A stretch of 64,000 nt of DNA from Spirochaetota bacterium (GTDB lineage Bacteria > Spirochaetota > UBA4802 > UBA5550). The stretch's first letter is position 1. The number at the start of each line of letters is the position of its first letter. The stretch covers positions 14,920 through 78,919 of the forward strand of contig JBNKTL010000017.1 of the NCBI GenBank assembly GCA_050298055.1, in the 5' to 3' direction. The position numbers and the translations under genes are program-made. The notes below the pieces were generated by a model. It was not told the origin of the DNA, did not search any database, and was given only the letters and a program-made list of their open reading frames with translations. Below are positions 18,904-28,964 of the stretch, piece after piece.

Positions 18904-20256
18904 TCAGGTCCTGATTCCACCCATCTTCCCAATCGTGCGTATTAAAAAAAATCCAAAAGTCGTAAGGTTTTCTCCCTCTTTCAGGTATATGCGTTTGATT
19001 ATGTAAGCACATGCGAACTTTTTCAGGTCCATACTCTTAATGAATTTAAAAAGGGAGCTGAATTTCTGTTCAATAGAGACTTCCATTATTTCTGTGATAA
19101 AATTTTCAATCCTGGTTTTCACAATTTCCGTGTAGAACTTGGAAAAAGAGATCTTCTTGTCCCTATAGACAAATCTTTCGGTAAATGCTTTAATCCCGTA
19201 ATCAACATTAATCAGGTAATCAACAATATCAGCAATATCATCTTTGAACTCCACACTGCTCAGTCTTCCCGGATCTTCCACAAAGAGATTGAAAACAGGT
19301 TGTATCTTCTCCTTCATGACCTCGTCGGCAATGTTCCTGAATTTCAGCCTGCTGTCAGTGTTGAATATCTCTGATATTATCCTGTCTATAAGACTGCCAT
19401 ATTGCCGCCCGAAGGGTGTTTTCAGCATTTTATCGTTATAGTCCTGAGTTATCCTGTCTTTGGCATCCTGGATGCTTTCCTGTACTCTGCCATTCTCCTC
19501 ATCCAGTTTCTCCCTGGCTTTTAGTGTCTGGATCCTGCTCTCCTGGGCTTCATTCATATGTTCAATGACTTTAACGGTATTTTCAACTATCTGGCTCAGT
19601 GTCTGCCTCGGTTTTCTTGAAATCAGGAGAACATCATTTACTTTGAAGTCACTGTCATTGAAAAAGTATTTCATATAGGTCCTGTCATTCCACCACTCGG
19701 GTTGATTGATCAGGAGGACATACGCGTCATGAAGTGATGCTGAAATATAGCCGTGCTGGGCCTTTGTTGATATAGTGATATTTCCCAGGGATAGTTCTTC
19801 AAAGGTCTTGATATGGCCCTTTAGTTCGTTGAGGGGCATTGTGAGTGTTGTATTGTTTTTGGCCATGTTTATGTTATATTGCTGTATCTGATGGTTGAGT
19901 CTGTTTTCTATGGTATTTCTCAGATTTATATATGAGGAGATGTTGTAGGGATAAGCTGTCTCGGAGAATATATTGGAAATATACTCAACTTCAAGGTCCT
20001 TGAGCCCTTTGGATGCTATGTTATATATTTTTGATATTGCCTGTATATCTACGAGCAGGTTGATTATCAGGTTGGTCTGTTCACTGTTGAGATTGTATTT
20101 ATAGTTAATAAGACCGGCAAGTTTTCCCTCTGCGATGAAATCGGAATAATCGGTAATTTTATTAAATATCCTCTCCATACTGGCCGAATCGGTAAATTCG
20201 GTGATATTTTCAATATCGATCAAAACTCTCGTTGTGATCAATCCATCATCAAACAT
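18904..20256 (-). CDS. hypothetical helical/coiled-coil protein
   Basis: 450-aa ORF with AGGAG RBS. Confidence 0.75.
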   Translation of the reverse strand: MFDDGLITTRVLIDIENITEFTDSASMERIFNKITDYSDFIAEGKLAGLINYKYNLNSEQTNLIINLLVDIQAISKIYNIASKGLKDLEVEYISNIFSETAYPYNISSYINLRNTIENRLNHQIQQYNINMAKNNTTLTMPLNELKGHIKTFEELSLGNITISTKAQHGYISASLHDAYVLLINQPEWWNDRTYMKYFFNDSDFKVNDVLLISRKPRQTLSQIVENTVKVIEHMNEAQESRIQTLKAREKLDEENGRVQESIQDAKDRITQDYNDKMLKTPFGRQYGSLIDRIISEIFNTDSRLKFRNIADEVMKEKIQPVFNLFVEDPGRLSSVEFKDDIADIVDYLINVDYGIKAFTERFVYRDKKISFSKFYTEIVKTRIENFITEIMEVSIEQKFSSLFKFIKSMDLKKFACAYIIKRIYLKEGENLTTFGFFLIRTIGKMGGIRT

Positions 20257-20332
20257 GGTATACTCCTGAATAGATTCATTGTTAAAGCAAAAAAGAAAAC
20301 CATATGACAGCTGCTTTATGGGAACTACCCAT

Positions 20333-20421
20333 CGTGTGTTCCCTCCGCCAGGACCGGCGGGAACACACCGGTTATATTTTATTCATTAACATGTCTCTTT
20401 TATACATAGCAAAGTAGGTAA
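20333..20421. mobile_element. degenerate MITE-like element (central hairpin and right end)
   Basis: gtgttccc..ccg..cgg..gggaacac hairpin, then ttatacatagcaaagtaggta resembling the family right end. Confidence 0.5.
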
Positions 20422-20500
20422 TGTTGAACAATTAAAATCATTCTATAAACATAGAATGTATGTGTAAATAAAAAAACAATGAGAATTTAGTATTGACTGG

Positions 20501-20530
20501 TTGACAATATAAAAAAAAGTATGATATAGT
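20501..20530 (+). promoter_or_regulatory. sigma70-like promoter
   Basis: TTGACA-N18-TATAGT with extended -10 TG, upstream of the kinase gene. Confidence 0.5.
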
Positions 20531-20627
20531 AGTGCTTGTTGAAATGTTCCTTTTTTCTCATATCTGAAACCATAGAGTGAACTTTCTCAAGTCAGGTATC
20601 TGTGTCGAGGAGTGGTCTACCGGGTAA

Positions 20628-22277
20628 ATGGGCAATGAAACAAAGAAATTGATTGTTGAGGATGATAACGATTTGACCCTCAGGGACATCCTTTCGCATA
20701 TACCGGATGTTCTGTTCAGACTTGATCCCGGCGGGAAGTTCCTCGATGAAAAGGAGAGGGAAACAGCTAAAAATATCTGGTCACCGAAGGTGTCAGAAAA
20801 GGCAATGCCCTTCATCACCCGGGCCCTTGAAAGCGGAGACCGGCAGATCTACTCCTACAGTTTGAAAAAGAAAGACGGCAAAAAATACTATGAAGCCAGG
20901 ATTATTAAAGCAAAGGCAGATCGTGTCCTGGTTGTTGCAAGAGATATCACTGATAAGAAAATCGCAGAGATTAAAATTGAAAAATATAAGAAAAAGCTGG
21001 AGAGAATTATTGAAGAGAGTGACGGGGAACTGGATGTGACATCTGAATATCTCAAGATATTCAAACATGCCATTGACCAGAGTTCCAATAGTGTTGTTAT
21101 TATTACCAGCGAGGGAATAGTTGATTATGTCAATAACAGGTTTAAAAATCTCACCGGGTATTCAACCGGGGATATAATCGGGGTTGATGTAGGGAAAGAA
21201 GCAAACCCGGTCTTTCCCGAACCGGAATTGTGGGAACAGATCAAGTCTCTCGGACACTGGAAGGGAGAAATATATAATATTACCAGGGACGGCAGTTTTT
21301 TTTACGGTGATGCTGATGTTGTGCCCCTGGATGATGATGACGACAGGGTTTCCCATTATATCCTCCAGTTTGAAGATATCACGGCAAAAAAGAACGAGGA
21401 GAAGGAGATAGAAAATGTCAGGAAGGTCCTGGACAAAACCGATATACGGTCCATTGATATGGAGATGGACTGGCAGGACTGGAAAGAGAAAATTCTCAGC
21501 AGAAATATATCAAGAACTGACAAGTCGCTTTTCAGGAATATAAACAACAGTTTTACACAGGGTGCCGGTCTCGGCTCCCTCATCTCTCTCCTTGAGATGA
21601 TGTCTTCAGGCGCGGAGAGGGACGGAGACAAGTACAGGATCAACGCATCGCTTTTTGATCTTATCATTGACAATGCCCGTATTGCCGAGGATGCATTCAA
21701 GATGTTCAGCAATCTTGACTGGATCATATCCAATGATTTCGAGCTTGAACCTCTCTCTGCCAGGGAACTTTACGATTTTATCAAGGTCGTTGTCAACAAA
21801 GCAAACGAGTTTACATCAATAAAAAGACATAAGATAATCACAAGTGAATTGGATGCCATTATGAAAAATATCATGATAGATATTAATAAGGAGCATATGT
21901 ACAAGGCAGTCTATGAAATCCTTATCAATGCCATGAAATTTTCAAAGCCCGATACGAATATAATTATTATTTTCCGCGCAGACAGCAGGAACCTCATCCT
22001 GAACTTTATCAATGATCCTGAGAAGGGTGAGGGGAATACCCCGGGCATACCCGTTGAATATGAAAAAGTTGTTTTCGAGCCCTTCTACAGGCTGAGTAAG
22101 CTGGTCTTTGAACAATACAGGTCGCTGGATTTCGGTCTCGGGCTTACCCTGATAGAAAAGATCATCAGCAAACATGGGGGTGAGATTTTCCTTGGCAACA
22201 TCAGGGACCACACTGACCTGAAGCGCGAACCTCAGCAGAAAGTGAACCTCACAATTATACTGCCAGTCAGGAAATGA
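20628..22277 (+). CDS. PAS-PAS sensor kinase-like protein (HATPase_c) lacking an evident H-box His
   Basis: Two PAS/PAC domains (RDITDKK, EDITAKK); N-box EILINAMKF, F-box VFEPFYR, G2 GLGL. Confidence 0.8.
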   Translation: MGNETKKLIVEDDNDLTLRDILSHIPDVLFRLDPGGKFLDEKERETAKNIWSPKVSEKAMPFITRALESGDRQIYSYSLKKKDGKKYYEARIIKAKADRVLVVARDITDKKIAEIKIEKYKKKLERIIEESDGELDVTSEYLKIFKHAIDQSSNSVVIITSEGIVDYVNNRFKNLTGYSTGDIIGVDVGKEANPVFPEPELWEQIKSLGHWKGEIYNITRDGSFFYGDADVVPLDDDDDRVSHYILQFEDITAKKNEEKEIENVRKVLDKTDIRSIDMEMDWQDWKEKILSRNISRTDKSLFRNINNSFTQGAGLGSLISLLEMMSSGAERDGDKYRINASLFDLIIDNARIAEDAFKMFSNLDWIISNDFELEPLSARELYDFIKVVVNKANEFTSIKRHKIITSELDAIMKNIMIDINKEHMYKAVYEILINAMKFSKPDTNIIIIFRADSRNLILNFINDPEKGEGNTPGIPVEYEKVVFEPFYRLSKLVFEQYRSLDFGLGLTLIEKIISKHGGEIFLGNIRDHTDLKREPQQKVNLTIILPVRK

Positions 22278-22439
22278 TAAAATGAAAATATTTTCGGGGA
22301 CACCTTCTTTCTCTCTTATCCCGGTGTTTTTTTATTTTTTTTAGTGAAATATTTTCTGGCTCTTTGTATATGTACACAGAGAGGTAAATCGGATCAGTTA
22401 CTTAATATCAATGGATTTAACTTATACAAGGAGGATCAT

Positions 22440-22634
22440 ATGCCGTATATTAATGTTAAAGTTGCAGGGAGCCTGACCGTTGAACAGAGGAAAACAATAG
22501 CAGACAGGTTTTCCCATGTTCTTCATGAAGTGGCGGGTAAAAATCCCTCTTCAACATATATTGTCTTTGAAGAGGTTGCCCGGGACAGCTGGGCGGTGGG
22601 AGGCAGGCTTTTGTCTGAAAAAGATGAGATATAA
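22440..22634 (+). CDS. 4-oxalocrotonate tautomerase family protein
   Basis: MPYINVK (Pro1), EEV..DSWAVGG; AGGAGG RBS before ATG 22440. Confidence 0.9.
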   Translation: MPYINVKVAGSLTVEQRKTIADRFSHVLHEVAGKNPSSTYIVFEEVARDSWAVGGRLLSEKDEI

Positions 22635-22641
22635 CAGGTAG

Positions 22642-23313
22642 ATGTTACTGAGATTATCTAAAATAGAAAAATCTTTCCGGCAGAAAGGAGGGAAGCGGAG
22701 GATCCTTAATGGATTGGACCTTGAAATTGACAGCGGCGAGATCGTTTCAATAACAGGAAAATCAGGATGCGGTAAAACAACGCTTCTGAATGTCATTGCC
22801 GGCCTTACCTCCCCGGACCGTGGCAGTGTCACCTTTCAGGATAAAAAGGTCTCCTATCTCTTTGATCACAGCCTTTCAAAGAGGCGAAACCTCCGGATGG
22901 GATTTATCTTCCAGACATTCAAGCTCCTTGATGAAGAATCGGTCCTTTCCAATGTTCTTCTCCCCGCAAGGATCAGGGGAAGTATCGGAAAATCAACAAG
23001 GGAGTATATTGACGATATCCTGTTCAGCCTCGACATTTATTCATACAGGAGAGAAAAGGTGGGTATCCTGTCGGGAGGTCAGAAACAGAGAGTTGCCGTG
23101 GCGCGGGCCCTGGTGAACAGGCCCTCGCTTATCCTTGCCGATGAACCCACGGCCAACCTGGACAGGGAGACCTCAAAGGAGATCTTCGACATACTCTGTA
23201 AACTGAAAGAAGAAGGCAAGGCCCTGATTGTCATTACCCATAAGGATTATATGCTGAGCAGGTCGGACAGGGTCCATAACATGAAAAAGGGACAGTTGAA
23301 AGAGATATCATGA
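22642..23313 (+). CDS. ABC transporter ATP-binding protein (LolD/MacB type)
   Basis: GKSGCGKTT, LSGGQKQR, LADEPTANLD, ITH. Confidence 0.92.
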   Translation: MLLRLSKIEKSFRQKGGKRRILNGLDLEIDSGEIVSITGKSGCGKTTLLNVIAGLTSPDRGSVTFQDKKVSYLFDHSLSKRRNLRMGFIFQTFKLLDEESVLSNVLLPARIRGSIGKSTREYIDDILFSLDIYSYRREKVGILSGGQKQRVAVARALVNRPSLILADEPTANLDRETSKEIFDILCKLKEEGKALIVITHKDYMLSRSDRVHNMKKGQLKEIS

Positions 23314-24572
23314 TACAGAAATCCTTTCTTCTCCTCGCTGAACTTTTTAAGAGCAGGTTCATCAGCCTGATCGTTCTCTTTTCAATAATTGTTTCGGTAA
23401 TTTCGGTGGCTCTTTTTACCGTTATCGGGAACAACTTCAACAGCTATATAAGGAACAGGTTTGTTTCATCAATTCCCCCCAATACCATAAAGGTTCTTCC
23501 CAAACCTCCGGAGACAGTCCTCTTTTTCGGTACGGGGAGAAGAAAAGGCCCGGAACTGGATGAAAAGGCCCTGAGGAAAATCCGTTCCCTGAAGGGAGTA
23601 AAAAATGTCAATCCCGTGATGCTCACGCGGGTCCCCGTACAGGCACGGATATCCATGTTTGGTCTTACTTATAATACGGACATACTCTGCATTGGAGTTC
23701 CCTACAGGTTTATCTCCGGGGATTTTTCCAACGGGAAATACAGGAAGATGTGGAAATCCCATGACCCGGAAAAGAACATCCCCGTGCTCTTTCCCCGGAT
23801 CCTGATCAATGCTTACAACAGGGGGATGGCGGAACCGAATATGCTCCCGAGGATATCGGAAAAGATGGTTTCGGGGATGAAGTTTAAGCTTCTTTTCGGA
23901 TATTCCAGCCTGAGGAAAATGGATAACTATATCAAGGTCGATGCCACAGTCTCAGGTTTTACCGACAGGATCAATTCCCTTGCAATGGTTGTTCCCCTCA
24001 AGGCGGCACTCTACTATAACAGGGTGCTTCATCCCGGGGGCAAAAGAGACATTTATCTCCATGCGTTTGTTGCTGTTGATGACCATTCCGCCCTGCTGCG
24101 GGTCTCTTCCCTGGTCAAAAAGATGGGTTTTGTTGTTGAGGCGGAAAAGAAGCTTTCCCGGGAGATGCTTAAATTAAAGCGGAATGTCAACCTGGTCATA
24201 GACCTTCTCATGTACCTGATTGTCGCCCTTTCGGTCCTGACAATATCATTCTCTACCATGATTGCCACAATGAACAGGATCGCGTACTACAGGATCCTGA
24301 GGATAGTGGGAGCTTCGAGGAATTTTATTTCACTCTCAATAATAACCAGGTATGTTGTGCTGGGGATAGGGGGGACATTCCTGGGACTGCAGCTTCTTGA
24401 GTCCCTCTCAGGGGCGGTCACGGGAATGATAAACATTTCATTTATCAAAATTTCACTTCTCTTTACCGAAGATATCAAGGGCCGGTTATATCTTTACGGC
24501 GTCATGATCCCTCTCCTTTCCGCCCTCCCGGCAATTATCAGGCTGAACATCAAAGGGCTCAGCAGGGATTAA
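23310..24572 (+). CDS. FtsX/MacB-like ABC permease
   Basis: N-terminal TM, large periplasmic domain, three C-terminal TMs, ILRIVGAS. Confidence 0.8.
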   Translation: MIQKSFLLLAELFKSRFISLIVLFSIIVSVISVALFTVIGNNFNSYIRNRFVSSIPPNTIKVLPKPPETVLFFGTGRRKGPELDEKALRKIRSLKGVKNVNPVMLTRVPVQARISMFGLTYNTDILCIGVPYRFISGDFSNGKYRKMWKSHDPEKNIPVLFPRILINAYNRGMAEPNMLPRISEKMVSGMKFKLLFGYSSLRKMDNYIKVDATVSGFTDRINSLAMVVPLKAALYYNRVLHPGGKRDIYLHAFVAVDDHSALLRVSSLVKKMGFVVEAEKKLSREMLKLKRNVNLVIDLLMYLIVALSVLTISFSTMIATMNRIAYYRILRIVGASRNFISLSIITRYVVLGIGGTFLGLQLLESLSGAVTGMINISFIKISLLFTEDIKGRLYLYGVMIPLLSALPAIIRLNIKGLSRD

Positions 24573-24672
24573 AAAATATCTTGAAAAACCACCGGGCTTA
24601 TAATACTTTTTAATTAGGAATCATTTTCAATTATACCTTTTGCCGGGTAAACAATACCAAGAAGGATTTATC

Positions 24673-25971
24673 ATGTCAGAATTTATTGCGAGGTTTTTCA
24701 AGCTTGACGAGAGAAGGAGTGATATCAGGACAGAAGTTATTGCCGGTATCGCCACATTCCTGACAATGATGTACATCGTGCCCCTGAATGGAATCATCAT
24801 GTCCAACGGGGGGATGCCCATTGAGGCGGTCATCACGGCCACGGCCCTTATCACAATAATTGCCACAATTGCAAACGGGATCTACTCCAATACGCCTATC
24901 GCGATGTCTGTGGGGCTGGGCCTCAACAGCTACTTCACGTTTTCCCTTGTCCTGGGTGAGAAACTTCCCTGGCAGACGGTACTGGGCATCGTTTTTCTCT
25001 CCGGCTTCTTCTTCCTTGTTCTCACGGTTACGAAGGTCCGAAAGCTGATCATTGAATCCATAACCTCGGATTTTAAGATAGCCGTATCCTCGGGGATCGG
25101 TGTCTTTATCGCCTTTATCGGTCTCAAGGAGATGGGCCTTGTGGCGTCCCACCCGGTGACATTTGTTACACTGGGAAATCTCGGTGACAAAAATGTTCTC
25201 CTGGGGATTGCCGGTATCTTTATCACAACCAGTCTTGTTGTCTGGAGAGTGAAGGGGGCCTTTATCTTCGGGATACTTTTAACAAGTGTTATTGGTTATA
25301 TTATTTGTGCGGGTAAAGTCCCCGGGGGGATTATTTCACTTCCCGCGTCCATATCACCCATATTCCTGGAGCTGGACATTCAAAGCGCCCTGAAGATATC
25401 ACTTCTGGGTCCCATCATAACGTTCATGCTCACGGACCTCTTTGACAGTCTCGGGACCCTGGCGGGCGTGGGATACAGGGCGGGGATCTTCAGCGAGAAG
25501 AATTCGGGACCTATCCAGAAAACCCTGGAGGTGGACGCAGCGGCCACTGTTCTGGGATCGGTTCTGGGCCTCTCCACTACAACCAGTTTTATTGAAAGTG
25601 CCGCGGGAGTTGAGGAGGGGGGGCGGACCGGTCTTACATCGGTGGTGACCGGGCTTCTCTTTATCTGCACTCTCTTTATGCTTCCGCTCTTTAAGAGTAT
25701 CCCGGCCAATGCCATATACCCGGTCCTTGTGATTATCGGGGTGATGATGTTTGCCGATTTAAAAAACATCGACTTCAGCGACCTGGAGACCGGGATCCCC
25801 GCTTTCCTGATTATCATCATGATGCCTTTGAGCTTTTCAATTACCAAAGGCCTGGCGGCGGGATTTATCTCCTTTGTTTTTATCAAGCTGGTAAGGGGAA
25901 AATTTTCCGAACTTAACCCGGTCATGGTTATACTGGGCATTGTATCCCTTTTTGCCTTTATTATCAAATAG
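24673..25971 (+). CDS. NCS2/AzgA-family purine permease
   Basis: RTEVIAGIATFLTMMYI, DLFDSLGT, FIESAAGVEEGGRTGLT. Confidence 0.92.
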   Translation: MSEFIARFFKLDERRSDIRTEVIAGIATFLTMMYIVPLNGIIMSNGGMPIEAVITATALITIIATIANGIYSNTPIAMSVGLGLNSYFTFSLVLGEKLPWQTVLGIVFLSGFFFLVLTVTKVRKLIIESITSDFKIAVSSGIGVFIAFIGLKEMGLVASHPVTFVTLGNLGDKNVLLGIAGIFITTSLVVWRVKGAFIFGILLTSVIGYIICAGKVPGGIISLPASISPIFLELDIQSALKISLLGPIITFMLTDLFDSLGTLAGVGYRAGIFSEKNSGPIQKTLEVDAAATVLGSVLGLSTTTSFIESAAGVEEGGRTGLTSVVTGLLFICTLFMLPLFKSIPANAIYPVLVIIGVMMFADLKNIDFSDLETGIPAFLIIIMMPLSFSITKGLAAGFISFVFIKLVRGKFSELNPVMVILGIVSLFAFIIK

Positions 25972-25980
25972 GCCCTGCTC

Positions 25981-26412
25981 ATGACTGATGAAAACTTTCT
26001 TATTGACTACAGCAGGTTCACGGATATATGCTATGCCCTTCTTGATAATCTGAAAAAAAGAGGGAAAGAATATGAAGGCATACTCTGTCCCTTAAGGGGG
26101 GGCTTCTATCTTTCAAACTTTATGAGCAGGCACCTTGATCTCCCCGTTGAGTACATAATGATCTCTTCATACACCGGGAAAACCCGGCATGAATTTTCCA
26201 TCCCCTACAGGGCCCGGATAAAAAACGGAAATTTTCTTCTCTGTGATGATGTCTATGACTCGGGAAGGACAATTGAGAAGATCTATACACTCTATCCTCA
26301 CGTTGAATTTGAGACAGTATGCGTGGCGTCCAAGGTTGAAAAAGCGGATATACTCTACGGATGTCTTGTGGACAAAAACAGGTGGATAGACTTTTTCTGG
26401 GAGATCATGTAG
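25981..26412 (+). CDS. purine phosphoribosyltransferase-like protein
   Basis: PLRGG, LLCDDVYDSGRT (PRPP loop), WIDFFWE; follows the purine permease. Confidence 0.85.
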   Translation: MTDENFLIDYSRFTDICYALLDNLKKRGKEYEGILCPLRGGFYLSNFMSRHLDLPVEYIMISSYTGKTRHEFSIPYRARIKNGNFLLCDDVYDSGRTIEKIYTLYPHVEFETVCVASKVEKADILYGCLVDKNRWIDFFWEIM

Positions 26413-26433
26413 AAGAGCATCAATATTCTAAAC

Positions 26434-26605
26434 TGTCATAGCGAGCGCATCTCATCATGAGGAACGCAGTGACGTAATGATCTGTTCCCCTCGATACAAT
26501 TTGCCGCACTTTGAAAAGTATACAGTGCTGTGGCAGGAAAGCGGCAAATCACTCGGGGAACATTACAGATGCTCATCGAGTAGGTCGCAGGCCGTATCGA
26601 GATGC
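26434..26605. repeat. cluster of REP-like hairpins
   Basis: tgttcccctcgatacaatttgccgc...gcggcaaatcactcggggaaca and tcgagtagg..ccgtatcgaga. Confidence 0.6.
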
Positions 26606-26698
26606 TTTTTATTCCTTGACGAGATCAGAAAGACTTAATGTATTATTAAGTTGAGAAATTAAAAACTTACTGATACGAAAAACCTTAAGGAGCTATAC

Positions 26699-27763
26699 AT
26701 GAAAGAAAAAGTCTACTTTATGAAAATTTCAGAAAACGAAGATGATAAATCAATAATAAAAAGGCTGGAAAACCTTTTAGAATCCAGAGAGCTTCTTTCT
26801 GTTGTTGATGAATTTGACATGGTTGCCGTGAAAAGCCACTTTGGCGAGTCACAAAAATCAGGTTATGTGAGACCCGCTTATTTAAAAATGATAGGGGACC
26901 TGATAAAGAAGAGAAAGGGGCAGCCTTTCCTTACCGAGACATCAACTCTTTATAAAGGAAATCGGAGCAATGCCGTAAGCCATGCCCATCACCTGGAAAA
27001 CCAGGGTTTCGGGATGGCCAAAACCGGTATGCCCTTTATCCCCGCGGACGGCCTCTACGGGGACGAAGAGTGTGAAATAGAGATCCCGGGTAAGATCTAT
27101 TCCAGCATAAAGATCAGCTCACTTCTTGAGAAGATCCAGTCCCTGGTGGTTGTATCTCATTTTACCGGTCACATGCTGGCAGGTTTCGGAGCAGCTTTGA
27201 AGAACCTGGGAATGGGGCTTTCCAGCAGAAAAGGGAAAATGATACAGCATTCAACCATGAAACCGAAGGTCAAAGAAAAACTCTGCACCGGGTGTGAAAT
27301 GTGTGTTAAATGGTGTCCCACGGGGGCCGTGTCAATGGGTGAAGAAACCGCTTCCATCAACCAGGAGGCATGTATTGGATGCGGCCAGTGCCTGGCAGTC
27401 TGCAGGTTTTACGCCGTTGAGTTTAACTGGGGCGCCACATATGAAGATATTCAGAAGAAGGTTGTAGAGCATGCCTGGGGCGCCCATAAGGCCAATGAAG
27501 GGAAAAACCTCTACATAAATTTTCTCAACAGGATCTCCAAGGACTGTGACTGTATGCCTCAATACGAGCAGATTGCCCCGGATGTGGGGATCGTCATCTC
27601 CTGTGACCCTGTTGCCGCTGATGCCGCGTCACTGGACCTGGTGGAGGAGAAAGCGGGAAAAGAGTTCAACAACCTGGGGCATGATATTCCCTACCGCTTT
27701 CAGATCGAATATGCCCGGGAGGTCGGTTTCGGGAGTCCCGATTATGAAATTGAAGAGGTGTAG
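26699..27763 (+). CDS. DUF362 domain Fe-S protein with 2x[4Fe-4S] ferredoxin
   Basis: VAVKSHFGE, SHFTGH..AGFGAALKNLGMG, CTGCEMC..WCP, CIGCGQC..VC, CDC. Confidence 0.9.
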   Translation: MKEKVYFMKISENEDDKSIIKRLENLLESRELLSVVDEFDMVAVKSHFGESQKSGYVRPAYLKMIGDLIKKRKGQPFLTETSTLYKGNRSNAVSHAHHLENQGFGMAKTGMPFIPADGLYGDEECEIEIPGKIYSSIKISSLLEKIQSLVVVSHFTGHMLAGFGAALKNLGMGLSSRKGKMIQHSTMKPKVKEKLCTGCEMCVKWCPTGAVSMGEETASINQEACIGCGQCLAVCRFYAVEFNWGATYEDIQKKVVEHAWGAHKANEGKNLYINFLNRISKDCDCMPQYEQIAPDVGIVISCDPVAADAASLDLVEEKAGKEFNNLGHDIPYRFQIEYAREVGFGSPDYEIEEV

Positions 27764-27855
27764 GTCACGTGTATGCGGGGTCACATGTATACGAAATCAC
27801 GTGTATGCAGGCGGGGTCACGTGACCCCGCCTGCATACACGTGACCCCGCCTACA
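27760..27855. repeat. palindromic repeat cluster with a 48-bp perfect palindrome (27797-27844)
   Basis: tcacgtgtatgcaggcggggtcac|gtgaccccgcctgcatacacgtga plus partial copies. Confidence 0.85.
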
Positions 27856-28891
27856 TCCCGATATCCGCGAAGGTTCCCATCTCCTTCATGATCTTTGTTG
27901 CCGCGTCAATGATATGAAACGCAAGGGCGCAGCCTGTTCCTTCACCCAGCCTCATATCCATGTTCAGCATGGGATCGAGCTGAAGGATCTCCCTGATGGC
28001 CCCGGCACCCGGCTCAGCGCTTGAATGGGACGCCAGCATATACCCCGTGGCCTCGGGCTTGATCTTTGCCGCCACCACTGCGGCTGTTCCCGATATAAAC
28101 CCGTCAACCACTACCGGGATTTTTTTTGACGCGGCCGCAAGGTAGACACCCACAAGTCCCGCAATGTCAAAGCCCCCCACCTTCGCGAGAACATCAATGG
28201 GATCACCGGGATCGGGAGTGTTTATCTCCACGGCTTTTTTGATGATCATCTTCTTGTTCTCAAGACCTTCATCATCGAGACCGGCGCCCCTTCCCACAAG
28301 GCTGTCCAGGCTGTCCCCGGTCAGTGCATGGAGAATAGCGCTGCTGGTTGTGGTATTGCCTATGCCCACTTCCCCGGTACCCAGGATATCACTGCCTTCT
28401 TCAATTGCTTCACGGGCAATTTCAATCCCGATCTCTATGGCCTTTACGGCCTCGTCTCTTGTCATGGCCGGTCCCTTTGAGATGTTTCCTGTCCCTTTTC
28501 GGATCTTTCTCCGGATAATGCCTTCAGGTTCCGTATCGATGTCCAGTCCCATATCCACGATCCTGAGATCTGCTCCCGCGTGCCGGGAGAGGACCGCAAC
28601 ACCTGCAATGCCTTTTGCCATGCAATCGGCCACCAGGAAGCTGACATCCTTGGGAAATGAACTGACATTTTCCTCAACAACACCGTTGTCAGCGCACATG
28701 GCAATGATTGTTTTTTTCTCAAATGTATTCTGGAGCTCTCCGGTCATGCCCGATATTTTTTTTACGATACTCTCCAGTTTGCCCAGGCTTCCGGGAGGCT
28801 TGAGAAGATTGTCAAGCCTCTCCTGCGCCTTCTCCATTACTTCGGCATTGAGCCCGGCTATTGAATCAATTGTCTCGGTCAGAATTTTCAT
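27851..28891 (-). CDS. cobT: nicotinate-nucleotide--dimethylbenzimidazole phosphoribosyltransferase
   Basis: KPPGSLGKLE, GEVGIGNTT, VVDGFI, SHSSAEPG, MRLGEGTG. Confidence 0.95.
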   Translation of the reverse strand: MKILTETIDSIAGLNAEVMEKAQERLDNLLKPPGSLGKLESIVKKISGMTGELQNTFEKKTIIAMCADNGVVEENVSSFPKDVSFLVADCMAKGIAGVAVLSRHAGADLRIVDMGLDIDTEPEGIIRRKIRKGTGNISKGPAMTRDEAVKAIEIGIEIAREAIEEGSDILGTGEVGIGNTTTSSAILHALTGDSLDSLVGRGAGLDDEGLENKKMIIKKAVEINTPDPGDPIDVLAKVGGFDIAGLVGVYLAAASKKIPVVVDGFISGTAAVVAAKIKPEATGYMLASHSSAEPGAGAIREILQLDPMLNMDMRLGEGTGCALAFHIIDAATKIMKEMGTFADIGM

Positions 28892-28916
28892 ATGTACTCC
28901 TTTTCTATAAAATAAT

Positions 28917-28959
28917 ACTGATATCTCCCCGCCGCCGAAGGCGGCGGGGAGATATCAGT
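28917..28959. repeat. perfect 20-bp-stem hairpin related to the MITE central hairpin
   Basis: actgatatctccccgccgcc-gaa-ggcggcggggagatatcagt. Confidence 0.8.
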
Positions 28960-28964
28960 TACAC

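Noticed and set aside
24573..24672. Purine riboswitch upstream of the NCS2 permease
   Set aside because: No recognisable aptamer core in this short AT-rich leader
27760..27855. CRISPR-like repeated units
   Set aside because: No regular repeat-spacer period and no cas genes; it is a palindrome cluster
28164..28910. 248-aa plus-strand ORF
   Set aside because: Antisense to cobT
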